Origin: an uncultured Chthonomonadaceae bacterium
Lineage (GTDB): Bacteria; Armatimonadota; Chthonomonadetes; Chthonomonadales; Chthonomonadaceae
Length of the DNA stretch: 64,000 nt
Assembly (NCBI GenBank): GCA_963817895.1
Contig: CAWFQB010000002.1
Coordinates: forward strand, 96,001-160,000
Reading direction: 5' to 3'
This document shows, in pieces, positions 40,923 through 52,162 of the stretch. The position numbers were made by a program, and so were the translations under genes. Numbering within the stretch: position 1 is the stretch's first letter; each line of letters opens with the position of its first letter. The notes under the pieces are model-generated. The model searched no databases. It was not told the origin of the DNA and saw nothing but the letters and a program-made list of their open reading frames with translations.

Positions 40923-41345
40923 AAGTGCCGAGCGTTGCGGTGATCGTTGAAATCAACAGAATGTTTATCGAAGACTCCGGGGAAGAGTTCATCGGAAGTG
41001 ATAATCTTCTGTACCGCACCTCACTGGATTACATTCTGGCAGAGATACAAACCATTCGCTTCGGAGAAGACCGATTTTCAAGTCTCTTTGACAAAGCGGC
41101 AGCGATTGCGGAACGGATCATTGTCAATCATATCTTTTGTGGAGCCAACAAGCGGACAGGCTTGTTGGCTTGTGTTACGTTTTTAGAGTTGAATGGCTAC
41201 GACATGCAAATCTACGATGGGGATCGCTTTGATGAGGAAGCCATTCAGGTAGCATTGGCATTTCAGGAAAAGCAGATGTCTCTTGAGGAGTTTACTGACC
41301 TGGATACGAGCAAGGACTATCCCTCTAAGGCGCCCAACGCCCTAA
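40898..41345 (+). CDS. Fic/Doc (death-on-curing) family toxin; probable indel near 41299
   Basis: LFDKAA, NHIFCGANKRTG, FLELNG; removing one C gives EEFTDWIRARTIPLRRPTP*. Confidence 0.8.
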
Positions 41346-42100
41346 CCGCGCATGTCTACGCCGCCGTCTACCGTCACGGTTGTGCCGGTGATGAAGCCGG
41401 ACAGGTCGCTTAATAGAAAGACCGTTGGGCCGGCTACGTCGTCGGGGAGGCCGATGCGTCCGAGCGGGAAATTTTTCGCTACCTCGTCGCGTCCCGCCGC
41501 GTCCAGACTGGGCGCGGCCATGTCCGTGTCCGTCCATGCGGGCGCGATGCAGTTGACGCGAATGTTGTCGGGCGCGAGTTCTTTTGCCATCGAGCGCATA
41601 AACAGGATTTGCGCGCCTTTGGACGTGGCATACGCCGAATACACGTTGGAGCCGCGCTGACCCGCCGTAGACGTGTAAATCACCATGCTGCCGCCCTGCC
41701 CCGCCTTACGCATGTGCCGAGCCGCCGCCCGCACGGTCAAAAATGTGCCGCGCAGGTTGATCGCCATCGTCCGATCCCAGAATTCCAGCGTCATCTCTTC
41801 CAGCGGGCAGCCCTCGAAAATTCCAGCGGAAATCACCATGCCGCGCAGCGGCCCAAGCGCGGACACGGCCGCATCTACCGCCTTATCGGTTGCGGCTTCG
41901 TCGGAAATGTCCGCCTGAACCGCAAACCCGCGCCGCCCCATTCGCTCAATATCCGCAACAACCGCGTTTGCCGCTTTCGCGTCGCGCAGATAATTGACGG
42001 ACACATCCGCCCCGCACTTTGCCGCCATGCGGGCGGCAGCCGCGCCGATGCCCCGGCTGCCGCCCGCAATGAAAATATGCCGTCCTGTCAAATCAATCAT
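41342..42100 (-). CDS. Short-chain dehydrogenase/reductase
   Basis: GGSRGIG, YATSK, IRVNCIAP, VDGG. Confidence 0.93.
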   Translation of the reverse strand: MIDLTGRHIFIAGGSRGIGAAAARMAAKCGADVSVNYLRDAKAANAVVADIERMGRRGFAVQADISDEAATDKAVDAAVSALGPLRGMVISAGIFEGCPLEEMTLEFWDRTMAINLRGTFLTVRAAARHMRKAGQGGSMVIYTSTAGQRGSNVYSAYATSKGAQILFMRSMAKELAPDNIRVNCIAPAWTDTDMAAPSLDAAGRDEVAKNFPLGRIGLPDDVAGPTVFLLSDLSGFITGTTVTVDGGVDMRG

Positions 42101-42174
42101 GGTTTGCTCCAAATCAGGGTAACAGTCACCCCTTCTGCCGGAACAGGGAGAAGGGTCAGGGGATGAGGACTTTG

Positions 42175-43281
42175 TTACGGATGCGTGGCGGGCAGGGGTT
42201 TGGCAAGCGGATTGAGATCGCCGAAGTTCTTTTTGATGTAATCTTTGTACCACTTCGTCTCTTCGCCCTGATCGGTTTCACGCGGATAAATGGCGTCCAC
42301 GTTCGCTTTGGTCACGACTTCCGTGCCGACATTGACCCACCCTTTGGGCAGGGGCGTTTTGTCGCGCAGATGATGCACAAGCGCGACAACGGGCAGATAC
42401 CCCTGTAGATACGGATGCTGTCCCAGGCTGATTTGCGTGGTTCCCGCCTTGATGGATTCGACCGTTTCCCGTTCCAGATCGTAGCCGCCGATAAGCCATG
42501 CGCCCTTCGAGCGCAGTTTCAGTTGGGACAGGTTGGGAATATCCATCGAACATACGCCCACAGTGGCAACCGCATCCGGGTTGGCCGTTGATTGATTTTC
42601 CCACTCAGAGTAGTTGGCCGCTTTTTCCGTACCCACGTTTTTCGGGTCGGTCACGGTATACGCGCTGCCCTCCAGCCCCTTTTTGAAGCCTTTGTAACGC
42701 TCGTCCAGTACGGCAACCCCCGGCTTGCAGTTGCCTGCCACGATTTTGCCGCTCTTTTTGCCCTCGGCGTCCAGCATCTTGCGTAGTTCGGTCGCCAGAA
42801 TCACGCCGCTCTGATACTCGTCCTGCCCGAACCACGAGGACGCGCCCAATTCCGCGCTCGTAATATTGGCGGTGACAACCGGAACCCCCGCCGCCATCGC
42901 CTCCTTGATGGGCTTGACCCACACTTCCCCCGGCATGGGAATCACGACAAGGCCGTCCTTCTTTTTCTGCACCATGCCCTCGAACATGCCAATGGCTTCC
43001 GTCGCGTCGAAACTGGCCGGCCCTGTCACTTCGACATCCACGCCAAGGTCGCGCCCCGCCTGCTCCGCTCCCCTCTGAATCACAGCCGTAAAAGAGTTCT
43101 GGCCGTGCATCACATAGCCGATTTTCAGTTTAGGCTGCCCCTTGCTGTCCACAGCGGATTGGGCAGGGGCCGCTTCGCCCGTCGTGGAAGATCCGGACGA
43201 CGCAGACGTGTCGGCAGGCCGATTGCAAGAAGCCAGCAGCAGAAAGGGAAAGGCAAGCAAAAGCGGACGCAGGCGTTTCAT
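42175..43281 (-). CDS. Sugar ABC transporter substrate-binding lipoprotein (RbsB-like)
   Basis: Lipobox LASC; periplasmic binding protein features GVPVVT, GQDEY..G, GGYD, QHPYLQGY. Confidence 0.9.
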   Translation of the reverse strand: MKRLRPLLLAFPFLLLASCNRPADTSASSGSSTTGEAAPAQSAVDSKGQPKLKIGYVMHGQNSFTAVIQRGAEQAGRDLGVDVEVTGPASFDATEAIGMFEGMVQKKKDGLVVIPMPGEVWVKPIKEAMAAGVPVVTANITSAELGASSWFGQDEYQSGVILATELRKMLDAEGKKSGKIVAGNCKPGVAVLDERYKGFKKGLEGSAYTVTDPKNVGTEKAANYSEWENQSTANPDAVATVGVCSMDIPNLSQLKLRSKGAWLIGGYDLERETVESIKAGTTQISLGQHPYLQGYLPVVALVHHLRDKTPLPKGWVNVGTEVVTKANVDAIYPRETDQGEETKWYKDYIKKNFGDLNPLAKPLPATHP

Positions 43282-43294
43282 AGGAAATTCCTTT

Positions 43295-43405
43295 AGGTTG
43301 TTAGTTGTTAGGTTGTCAGGTTGTTAGTTGTTAGGTGAGGAGGGAATACTGCTGTGAGCGCGTTCATACAACCTAACCACCTAACAACTAACAACCTGAC
43401 AACCT
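43295..43405. repeat. (GGTTGTYA/GTTGTTA)n inverted-arm element
   Basis: Arms at about 43295-43335 and 43368-43405. Confidence 0.8.
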
Positions 43406-44390
43406 ATTTCCGCCGGCGCACGAACGAATCAATGGCGACGGCGACAATGATGGCGATGCCGGTGACGGCGATGTCGGTATTGGACGGGGCGCCGAGCAGA
43501 ACCAGCCCATTACGGATGACATAGATAATCAGCGCGCCCAATATGGCTCCGGGAACCGAACCCCTGCCGCCGCTCAGGGCCGTGCCGCCGATAATCACGC
43601 TGGCGATGACCCACAATTCATAACCGGGGCCGGTGCTGGGGTCGGCGGACTGCAAAAAAGCGAGCGCGGCGATTCCGGCAAGGGCGGCAATCGCGCCGTT
43701 GAGCGTCATCACGCCGATACGAACGCGGTCAAGGGCAAGCCCGGACAATCGCGCGGCAACGGGGTTGCCGCCAATGGCTTCAATGCGCCGTCCCACAATC
43801 GAGCGCGTCAGCGCAATCCAGCCGAGTATGGCGATGAACAGCATCAGGATCGCGCTGGTGGGCAGGCCGAAAATCTCGCCGCCGCCAACCGTGAAAAACC
43901 ACTGTTCTTTGGAAAACTGGCTGACGGGCGCGTTGTTGCACAAAATCAGCGCGACGCCGCGATAAATGCTCAGGGTTCCGAGCGTGACAATAATCATCGG
44001 GATGCGCAGCAACACGGCGAGAACGCCATTGGCAAACCCGCAGACCGCGCCCATTCCCAACCCAATCAAGAGAGCAACGGGGAAGGGCAAACCGCGCTGC
44101 AATGCCAGTCCGGTGACAACATTGGTGAGCGTGAAGATGGAACCGACGGACAAATCAATGTCGCCCATCGTAATCACAAACACCATGCCGACCGCCATGA
44201 TGCCGATGTATGAGGACTGCCGCGCCACTTTCAGCAGGTTGAGCGCGGTGGGAAACGTCGGCGTGGCAATGGCAAGCGCGACGCACAGCGCGACAAGCGC
44301 GATCAGTACGCCTATCTCCTGCAAAGCGCGAATCCGCTGATACGCCTTCTGCGCCCCACTCGATACGCCTGAAACCGGATTGTCATTCAT
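43404..44390 (-). CDS. Sugar ABC transporter permease (RbsC-like)
   Basis: GDIDLSVG, IVTLGT, AIGGNP.AARLSG, IIGGTALSGGRG. Confidence 0.93.
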   Translation of the reverse strand: MNDNPVSGVSSGAQKAYQRIRALQEIGVLIALVALCVALAIATPTFPTALNLLKVARQSSYIGIMAVGMVFVITMGDIDLSVGSIFTLTNVVTGLALQRGLPFPVALLIGLGMGAVCGFANGVLAVLLRIPMIIVTLGTLSIYRGVALILCNNAPVSQFSKEQWFFTVGGGEIFGLPTSAILMLFIAILGWIALTRSIVGRRIEAIGGNPVAARLSGLALDRVRIGVMTLNGAIAALAGIAALAFLQSADPSTGPGYELWVIASVIIGGTALSGGRGSVPGAILGALIIYVIRNGLVLLGAPSNTDIAVTGIAIIVAVAIDSFVRRRK

Positions 44391-44471
44391 AGCAGCACCA
44401 AGAGCGCAGCGAAAGGCAAGTAACGCATGTGTCCGAACACCGAACACCGAACACCGAATACCGTATGTTGG

Positions 44472-45374
44472 TTATTGTTCATCAAGCAGATGCGCCATTG
44501 TAACGAGATGGGACATTTTGTGGTCGGCGAATGTCCAGACGACTTTCTTGTCGCGCGTGACCTCGAAAAAGTGAACGCCCGTACCCTCTTTGCCCTGCAA
44601 GAAGTTGGCGACGACTAAGTTGCCGTTTTTCAACTTCTGGATGCCCGTAATCCAGAACATGCCGAGTTCCGGCGCGTCTTTGGGGCCGAACTCCCACGCG
44701 ATTTCACCTTTGGGCGTAATTTCCATTACTTTCGCGGTTTTGCCGCCGCCGACAAGCGTGTTGCCGTTGGGCAGGCGCGCGGCTTCAAACACGCTGTCCA
44801 CGCCGGGGTGTTCCCACAAAACTTTGCCCGCAGGATCATATTCGCGGATTACGCCGTCCCCCTCATGGCAGGCGAGAATGTTGCCGTTCTTCAGTTTGTG
44901 CAGCGAACGCAACTGCCGATGCGCCCCTTTTTCGTTCGTCGTCAGCGGCGTAACGTGGACTTCCTCGCCCTTGCGGTTCACTTCGACGGCCTGACACGGC
45001 CCCTCCTCGCCCACCAGAACATTGCCGTTGCGCAGCCGCTCGAAACCAAGCACCTGTTCGCATTTCGCCGTGTAGTTCCACACGACATGGTGTTCGCGAT
45101 CCACCTCCTGTACGCCCGTCGGGTTGCCGCCGTAAGCGTACATCACGTTGCCGTTTTTGGCGACATCGAACATCACGGCCAGACTCGGCACAGGATGTTC
45201 CCACAACACCTGCCCATCCTCGGAAAGTTCAATGAGTTTGTTTCCGGGCGAGTATTGCATAAACATGAAATGATGGCGTTTAAGCGGAGGCGTGTCGGCG
45301 CGGGGCGCGGAACCGGTCATGCCGAGGCACAGCAGCGCAAGGGGAAGCATTAATTTGTGGGACGCGAAGCGCAT
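44472..45374 (-). CDS. Secreted PQQ-like/arylsulfotransferase-like beta-propeller protein
   Basis: Signal peptide; repeated L.NGN.L and E...G.V.W units; start could be 45389. Confidence 0.75.
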   Translation of the reverse strand: MRFASHKLMLPLALLCLGMTGSAPRADTPPLKRHHFMFMQYSPGNKLIELSEDGQVLWEHPVPSLAVMFDVAKNGNVMYAYGGNPTGVQEVDREHHVVWNYTAKCEQVLGFERLRNGNVLVGEEGPCQAVEVNRKGEEVHVTPLTTNEKGAHRQLRSLHKLKNGNILACHEGDGVIREYDPAGKVLWEHPGVDSVFEAARLPNGNTLVGGGKTAKVMEITPKGEIAWEFGPKDAPELGMFWITGIQKLKNGNLVVANFLQGKEGTGVHFFEVTRDKKVVWTFADHKMSHLVTMAHLLDEQ

Positions 45375-45487
45375 AGGGCGTATCTCCAAAACTCGGAATC
45401 AAGACCATGAAATCCGAACAGCAGCCTTGCAGTGGAGGAACGGGCAGACATTCAACATAACAGGTAATAATTCCTGCTTGTTTGGCC

Positions 45488-47469
45488 CTATTTTTTCGCA
45501 ACCAAAAGCGTAATGGCGGGAACGAGGCTGACGGCGTTGCCCACATGCGCCTGCACGATGATGTTGGCGGTGTCGGCGGGGGCGTCGGGCGCGGCGGACA
45601 GGGTTATTTTGCCGTCTGTTTGCCCGTCGGGAATGGAAGTGGCTTTGAGGGTTACTTTGGGCGGCAGGTTACGGGCGTCCAGCGTGATTGCGCCCTTCGC
45701 GTTGGGTTCGCGCGTTATATGAACGGGAATTTCCATGCTTGCGCCGGGTGTCAGCGTCAGCGTAGATACTGTTGTTGTTGCCGTAATCGCGTCGGTGCGT
45801 TGCGTCACGCCCAAAACCAGCATATCCCATAAATGATGCGGGCGCGTGTAGCTGAACTCAACCGACAGCGACAGGTCAATGGAACGATGCTCGTACCGTT
45901 CCCACGCGGGCGCTTCCTGCGCGACGATTTTGCCGCCAATGTTCGCTTCGCCCCGAATGTGTATATCGCTCGCAACAATCGCAGTATTGGGCGCAGCCGT
46001 TAGAGTCAGTTCCGTTGTGGTTTTACCGGGCGCAATCAGGCCGCCCGCGCAGGTTACGCCGGTTGGCAGGTTCGCTGCCGTCACCGTGACCGGGCCGTTC
46101 CAGCCGCCCAAACGTTCCAGCGTAACCGGAAGCGCGACGGTTCCGCCAATCGGCACGGCAAGTTTATCTGCAGCAATCGCCAGCCTGAAATCCGGCACAA
46201 CGGGGCGCGCAATCAGCCGATAGCCGCAATCCGCGCCGACAACCTCTTCCACGTTGCTGAGTTCGAGCGTGTAATTGCCGTCTGCGGGCGGAGCAAACTC
46301 CAAACGCGCGTCCTTGCCTAAATCTGGCGCGTCGTCGTTGGCAGCCAGTTCCTTACCCGCCGCGTCCAGAATACGGATCGCGCCGTCAATGCGCGAGCCG
46401 ATACGCCGCCCCAACAGATCGAACAGAATATGGGTTTTAGGGGAAGCGTGGAAGGTGAAACGCGCGTGGGGCGTCCGGGTAAACACGCCATCCAGAATTG
46501 CGGGCAGGGCCGGCAGGGATTGAACGGCCACGCTGTCGCCAACGTTCTGTACGGTTTCCCGGCTTACCATCAGCGGCACAAGCAGGCCATTAAGGGCGGC
46601 ATCCGGGGCTTTTCCATTTGCAATATCCGCCCAAACCATACCGGAAGTTGGCGCCTCCGCAGGCAGCGTAACCGTCGAGTTCGCAGCAGTCAGATTCACG
46701 CCCTGCAACGCCAGCGTAATCGTTTGTCCCGGTTGGCCGCCACGCGGCAGGTAATTCGTGACCAGACTGCCCCGTCCGGCAAGCAGGCGATACGTATAGT
46801 TCGGCCCGCCGTTGTACTCCGAGTCGCGGACGGTGAGGAGATACCGGCCCGATTTGGCAAACGTATACGCAAAACGCGGGTCGCTTTCCCACGTAGACTG
46901 CGCCAGTTTCACACTCACGCCCGCCGCGTCCGTAATTTCTAAAATGGGGTCGAAACCGAGAACGAATGCGATCCGCAAAGCAATCAAACGTCCACGTTTC
47001 GCCCGCGCCTGCATTGAAAGCAAACTGGTCGCGCCCCGCTTTCGCGGTAATGCGGCCATTGATAACTTCATGCCCGCTGCCGTCCAACTCCATCGGGGCC
47101 GCGCTTTCCACTAACGTCTGCTCTAACACGCGGTTCGGTTTGGTATCCACCCAGAAGCGCAGCCCGCCCGAAACCCCTTTGGGCGTGGTCACGCGCAATT
47201 CATGCGGCCCCAATCCGGCTCCCGCCTGCACGTCCAGTTCCGCCGTCAGCGCATTCCCATCCGGCGCGGCCTGCACCGATTTGACAGTTACGCCTCTTCC
47301 ACTCACCTTCAAAGCTGCTTCCCGCCAGACTCTTGCCGTCAATCCGTACCCGCGTCACCTGTCCGCGCGGCCCGCCACCGGGAAGGACGCCGCCGACTTC
47401 GGGAGCCTGCGCGAGTACCACAGAAGAGGAAATGCAGAGGAGAGAAACCACGGGGAACACGGGGGACAC
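45488..47469 (-). CDS. Planctomycete-type PPC-domain secreted protein; two frameshifts (near 47315 and 46960), start uncertain
   Basis: PGGGPRG..TRV, GPHELRV, INGRI...GRD.F.F, YTYRL, PRGGQPG, GSRID, LAANDD..GKDARL, PDFRL. Confidence 0.75.
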
Positions 47470-47694
47470 GGGGAGAGAAAGGGGAAAAGAGAATAAACCA
47501 CGGAGGACACGGAGAACACGGAGGGGGAAGAGGAGACAACAGAAAGAGGCAGATTATCAACAAAGGCATGGATTGCCCTCAACATATCGTAGTCCACAGC
47601 CTTATTTTCTTTGTTGGTAATCCTGTTAATCCTGCTCATCCTGTTAATCCTGTCTAAACTCTTCCCCTTCTTCTCCCCGTGTTCCCCGTGGTTT
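47445..47694. repeat. 9-mer tandem repeat cluster (CACGGRGRA; ATCCTGYTM) with inverted arms
   Basis: AAACCACGGGGAACACGGGG (47445 on) is the reverse complement of CCCCGTGTTCCCCGTGGTTT (about 47675-47694). Confidence 0.75.
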
Positions 47695-47699
47695 AAGTC

Positions 47700-49043
47700 C
47701 TACGAGAACAGGCCGGGGATGCCCGGAGAGTCGCGGACGATGCGAGCTTCGCGCAGGCGGGCGGACACGTCCATGTTGAGGATTTTGGCGACGCTCATAT
47801 ACGTGTCTTCGGGCGTCACGGGCAGTTCGGCGGGGTATTTGGCCTGCGCGTCACTGGAACCAATCACGCGCCCGCCGGGGATTCCCGCGCCCGTGATGAG
47901 GTAGGAGTATACGAAAGGCCAGTGGTCGCGGCCTGCCGCGCCGTTGACGGTCGTGCGCCCGAACTCGCCCGTCACGAGTACGAGGGTTTTCTTGTTCAGG
48001 CCGCGCTGGTACACGTCTTCAATAAGCCCGGATACGGTTTTATCCATTTCGGGCAGTTGGCGCTTGCACCGGTTGAAGTTGTCGCCATGATTGTCGAAGC
48101 CCATTTTATCCACGTCGTCGTTGATGGGATGCGCCCGCCAGTTCACCTGCACAAAGCGAACACCCGATTCAATCAGCCGCCGCGCCATCAAACAACCCTG
48201 CCCGAACTGCGTCATGCCATACCGTTCGCGGGTTTGCGTTGTTTCTTTGGTCAGGTCGAACGCTTTCTTGGCTTGCGGCGACGTAACGAGCGTGAAGGCC
48301 TTTTCATACGCCGCGTCGTGGATGCGCGTGTCGCCGGATTCGATGCTTCGCTGGAAGCCGTCCACCTGTTTGTACAACTCGTGGCGCAGGTTGAGGCGGT
48401 CGCCGGTCATGCCGGGGGGCGGGGTTAATGCGGCCAATTTGTCAACCGGCTGCGTTGAGTCAAGGACGCGGAAGGGCGAACTCGCGTTGCCCAGAAAGCC
48501 GCCGTCCTGTCCAAGCGGCCCGTTTCCGGCAGTATCGTACATGCGCGGGCCGATGTGAATGGCAGACGGCAGGGCATTGCGCTGCGGCATGAATTTGGAG
48601 ATCACGGAGCCGATGTTGGGGGCTTCGCGTCCGGGAGCCGGTTTGTTGCCCGTGAGCGTATAGTGCGCAGCCTGCGCGTGAACCGAAAGGTCGTGCGTGG
48701 CCGAGCGGATAATGGTGTACTTGTCGGCCATGCGGGAAAGCAGGGGCAGTTGTTCGCAAATCTGGATGCCGGACACGTTCGTATTGATCGGCTTGAAGAT
48801 GCCCCGGACGGCTTCGGGCGCATCCGGCTTCATGTCGAACGTGTCCTGATGCGGTGGCCCGCCCCACAAAAACACGAGGATGATGGACATCTCGTTGTCG
48901 CTGTTGGTGTCCCCGTTCGCCTGCTGTGCCGCGAACAGTCCGGGCAGCGTCAGGCCGAGAAAGCCCGCCGACCCGATCTGCAAAAACTCCCGCCGCGTCG
49001 GGCCATCGCACGTATTTACGGTTTCGTGTCCAAATTCAATCAT
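47700..49043 (-). CDS. DUF1501 domain protein (Tat-like RREFL motif)
   Basis: CDGPTRREFLQIG, LWGGPPHQDTFDMKPDAP, RERYG, ARRLIESGVRFV, GEFGRT, GRDHW. Confidence 0.92.
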   Translation of the reverse strand: MIEFGHETVNTCDGPTRREFLQIGSAGFLGLTLPGLFAAQQANGDTNSDNEMSIILVFLWGGPPHQDTFDMKPDAPEAVRGIFKPINTNVSGIQICEQLPLLSRMADKYTIIRSATHDLSVHAQAAHYTLTGNKPAPGREAPNIGSVISKFMPQRNALPSAIHIGPRMYDTAGNGPLGQDGGFLGNASSPFRVLDSTQPVDKLAALTPPPGMTGDRLNLRHELYKQVDGFQRSIESGDTRIHDAAYEKAFTLVTSPQAKKAFDLTKETTQTRERYGMTQFGQGCLMARRLIESGVRFVQVNWRAHPINDDVDKMGFDNHGDNFNRCKRQLPEMDKTVSGLIEDVYQRGLNKKTLVLVTGEFGRTTVNGAAGRDHWPFVYSYLITGAGIPGGRVIGSSDAQAKYPAELPVTPEDTYMSVAKILNMDVSARLREARIVRDSPGIPGLFS

Positions 49044-49222
49044 AAGTGTTTTCCGCTTTGTGATCGTTGATTGCAAGCTGGCCGGAGTGATGACGCTTGC
49101 ATTTCCAGACAAGCGACTCTCCTGTAATATAATGTACCTGAGAATTCGGACACTTGAGTCTGCGATAAAGTTACGTAAACCTTTCAAACTACCCGCATCC
49201 TGAACCCTAAAACCCTAAAACC

Positions 49223-50746
49223 TTACAAAATGTAGCGGCTCAAATCCTCATCCTTTACGATGTCGTCAAGACGGGAGCGGACGTACGCGGCGTCTACATG
49301 CAGGTTCTTGTCGGTCAAATCGGGCGCATCGAAGGATACGTCTTCCAGCAGGCGTTCCAGAATGGTGTGCAGTCGCCGCGCGCCGATGTTTTCGTTGCGG
49401 CGGTTCACTTCCGCCGCGATGCGGGCGAGTTCCACAATGGAATCATCCGTGAACGTCACGGTCACGCCTTCCGTTGCGAGGAGGGCGACGTATTGCCGGG
49501 TCAGAGCGTTGCGCGGTTCGGTCAAAATGCGCTGAAAGTCGGCTTCCGTCAGGTTTTCCAGTTCCACGCGAATCGGCAAGCGTCCCTGCAATTCGGGAAT
49601 CAGATCGGACGGCTTGGACACATGGAACGCGCCCGCCGCGATGAACAGAATGTGATCGGTTTTCACCGGGCCGTATTTGGTATTGATGGTAGAGCCTTCG
49701 ATGATGGGCAGAATGTCGCGCTGCACGCCCTCGCGGGATACGTCCGGCCCACCCCCGCCGCCGGGACCCCGCCCACCCCCGGCGATTTTATCTATTTCGT
49801 CCACAAAGATAATGCCGGTCTGCTCGGCCCGCTGAATCGCTTCCCGCGTCAGGCTGTCGCGGTCAATCAAATTCTGCGCCTCCTCCTGCGTGAAGATTTT
49901 CTTCGCTTCCGCGACAGTCACCTTGCGCTTTTTCTGCTTGCGCGGCATCAGTCCGCCCAGCGCGTTCTGCATGTCCATGTTCATCTCGTCCATGCCCTGA
50001 TTGGAAAACACCTGCATGAACGGCGGGCCGGAGTTCTCCTCGACCGAAATTTCGATCTCCTGCTCGTCCAACGCGCCGCTCGCCACCTGTGGGCGCAGGC
50101 GTTCGCGGATACGCTCGCGCCGCGCCGCGTCCTTGCTCTCCTCATCCTCTTCGGGCGGGGGGAGCGGTTCCGGTTTGGCTTCCCGATTGGGAGTGATCTC
50201 CACGACCACCGGGCCACTGTTCGGCCCCATGTTGGGAAACATCTGCTGCCACATGTCGCGTAGGCTGCCCGCCATATCGGGCGACTCGGCCTCGTTTTTT
50301 CGGCGGCTGCGCCCTGCCCGTTCCGGCTGCAAAATGCTGACGATTCGACTTACCGCCCGCTCTTCCGCTGCCGCCTGCACTTCGGCAACCTTTTCGGTTT
50401 CCACCAGCCGGATAGCAACCTGCACCAGATCGCGCACCATGGAATCCACGTCCCGCCCCACATACCCGACTTCGGTAAATTTCGTGGCCTCTACCTTGAC
50501 AAAGGGCGCGTGGGCAAGCGTGGCGAGGCGGCGCGCGATTTCGGTTTTACCCACGCCCGTCGGCCCGATCATCAGAATGTTCTTGGGAATCACCTCATCG
50601 CGCAGGTCTTCGCCTAACAATCGGCGGCGATAGCGGTTGCGCAGCGCGACCGCGACCGCCCGCTTGGCGTTGCGCTGTCCCACAATATACTTGTCCAGTT
50701 CGGCAACGATCTGACTGGGCGTTAAATCTTCGGAAAAGTCCGCCAT
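49223..50746 (-). CDS. hslU: ATP-dependent protease ATPase subunit HslU
   Basis: [55 protein letters not shown]. Confidence 0.97.
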   Translation of the reverse strand: MADFSEDLTPSQIVAELDKYIVGQRNAKRAVAVALRNRYRRRLLGEDLRDEVIPKNILMIGPTGVGKTEIARRLATLAHAPFVKVEATKFTEVGYVGRDVDSMVRDLVQVAIRLVETEKVAEVQAAAEERAVSRIVSILQPERAGRSRRKNEAESPDMAGSLRDMWQQMFPNMGPNSGPVVVEITPNREAKPEPLPPPEEDEESKDAARRERIRERLRPQVASGALDEQEIEISVEENSGPPFMQVFSNQGMDEMNMDMQNALGGLMPRKQKKRKVTVAEAKKIFTQEEAQNLIDRDSLTREAIQRAEQTGIIFVDEIDKIAGGGRGPGGGGGPDVSREGVQRDILPIIEGSTINTKYGPVKTDHILFIAAGAFHVSKPSDLIPELQGRLPIRVELENLTEADFQRILTEPRNALTRQYVALLATEGVTVTFTDDSIVELARIAAEVNRRNENIGARRLHTILERLLEDVSFDAPDLTDKNLHVDAAYVRSRLDDIVKDEDLSRYIL

Positions 50747-51724
50747 GTTACCTGTACTTCCTGTGTTTTATTGATGTGCCGCGCGGCTGTTTTCGTGTCT
50801 TGTGTCGGCTTCACTTCCGCCTTATGTTCTTGCAGCCTGCCCGAATGGAACAGAAACAGGATTAGCAGGCCGAAAGCGATGCGGTACGCGATGAAAATGT
50901 TCGTGTTGTGTTCCTTCATGTAGCCCAAAAACCACCGTACCACACCATACGCGAACGCGCCCGCCACAAATGCCGCCAGCAGATATTTGGCGGTTTCGCC
51001 GTGCAGTTCGTGGGCTTTGACCACTTTGAGCAGTTTGTACAATCCCGCGCCCGTAATGGCCGGAATGGACAGCAGGAAACTGAACCGCGCCGCGCTTTCC
51101 CGGTCCAAGCCGAGCAGCAGCCCTGCCGTAATCGTCGAGCCGGAACGGGACGCGCCCGGAACCAGTCCCAACACCTGCGCCAGTCCGATGGCAATGCTTT
51201 GTTCCAGCGAGATGCCTTTCAGCGATACCTTTTTCCTGCCCACCCGTTCCGCATACCACAGCACCAGCGCGAGGACAATCAGGGCTATCGCAACCACGTC
51301 CAGCCTGCCGAAAATGCGTTGTCAATGTATTTTTCCAGCAGGACGCCCGCCACGAAAATCGGCAGGCTGCCGATAATGGTATACCAGCCCAATCGCGCGT
51401 CCACATCGTCGTCCGGCAGGTTGGCTTCTGGAGAAGGCTCGCGTGGCAGGTTCCAGATGCGGGGCGGGCGTATGCTTTCAGCCGCAGAAACTTCATCGGG
51501 TTGGGATGCCGCAAAATGCCCTTCACATACCGCGTCAAATCTTTGCGGAAGTACGCGATGATGGCGACAATCGGCCCCAACTGGCACACGGCGGAAAACG
51601 CCGCGCCGGGATCGGCTGCCCCGAACAACTGCGGAATCACATCCATGTGCGCCGTACTGCTGACCGGCAAAAATTCCGTCAGCCCCTGTAACAATCCCAG
51701 CAATATCGCTTGCAGCCAACCCAT
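50722..51724 (-). CDS. uppP: Undecaprenyl-diphosphatase; two frameshifts (near 51485 and 51305)
   Basis: [44 protein letters not shown]. Confidence 0.92.
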
Positions 51725-51931
51725 AGTATGGTAAGTCTCCTTATGTTCAATAATACGGGCATTGAGGGGTTGAAGATGTCATGGTGGGCAGTTCGAACGA
51801 CTGTTTGACATGTCTTGCCTCCGGCTTGGCGGAACGCCTCAGACAGGTATCTTAATACCAGTGTTCTCCTCGCTGCAACTAAGTCTACCCCACACCCGAT
51901 ACCTACCCCTGCACCTTTTTTCCCCCTGCAA

Positions 51932-51960
51932 TTGACAGTCTTCCCCTAAATCTGTATACT
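51932..51960 (+). promoter_or_regulatory. Sigma70 promoter for murA-mreB
   Basis: TTGACA-17 nt-TATACT. Confidence 0.75.
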
Positions 51961-52162
51961 TAAACAGGTCTATTAAAAGCCCAAACCGAATTTTTCCCGG
52001 TTGGAAGTTCGCCTTCTAAGCCGGAAAATACCCGAATAGAAGAAAGATAACAGGCGTGAAGCCTGAAACCCTTACAGATGGAACACCGGTATGAATCGTC
52101 TGGAAAGTTCCACATTCCCCCCAACAATCGAGCCGCGAACCGGAGCAGAGAGGCATTTTCAC

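Noticed and set aside
49223..50746. hslU without an adjacent hslV
   Set aside because: Split hslU/hslV arrangements occur in several phyla; hslV may lie elsewhere in the genome.
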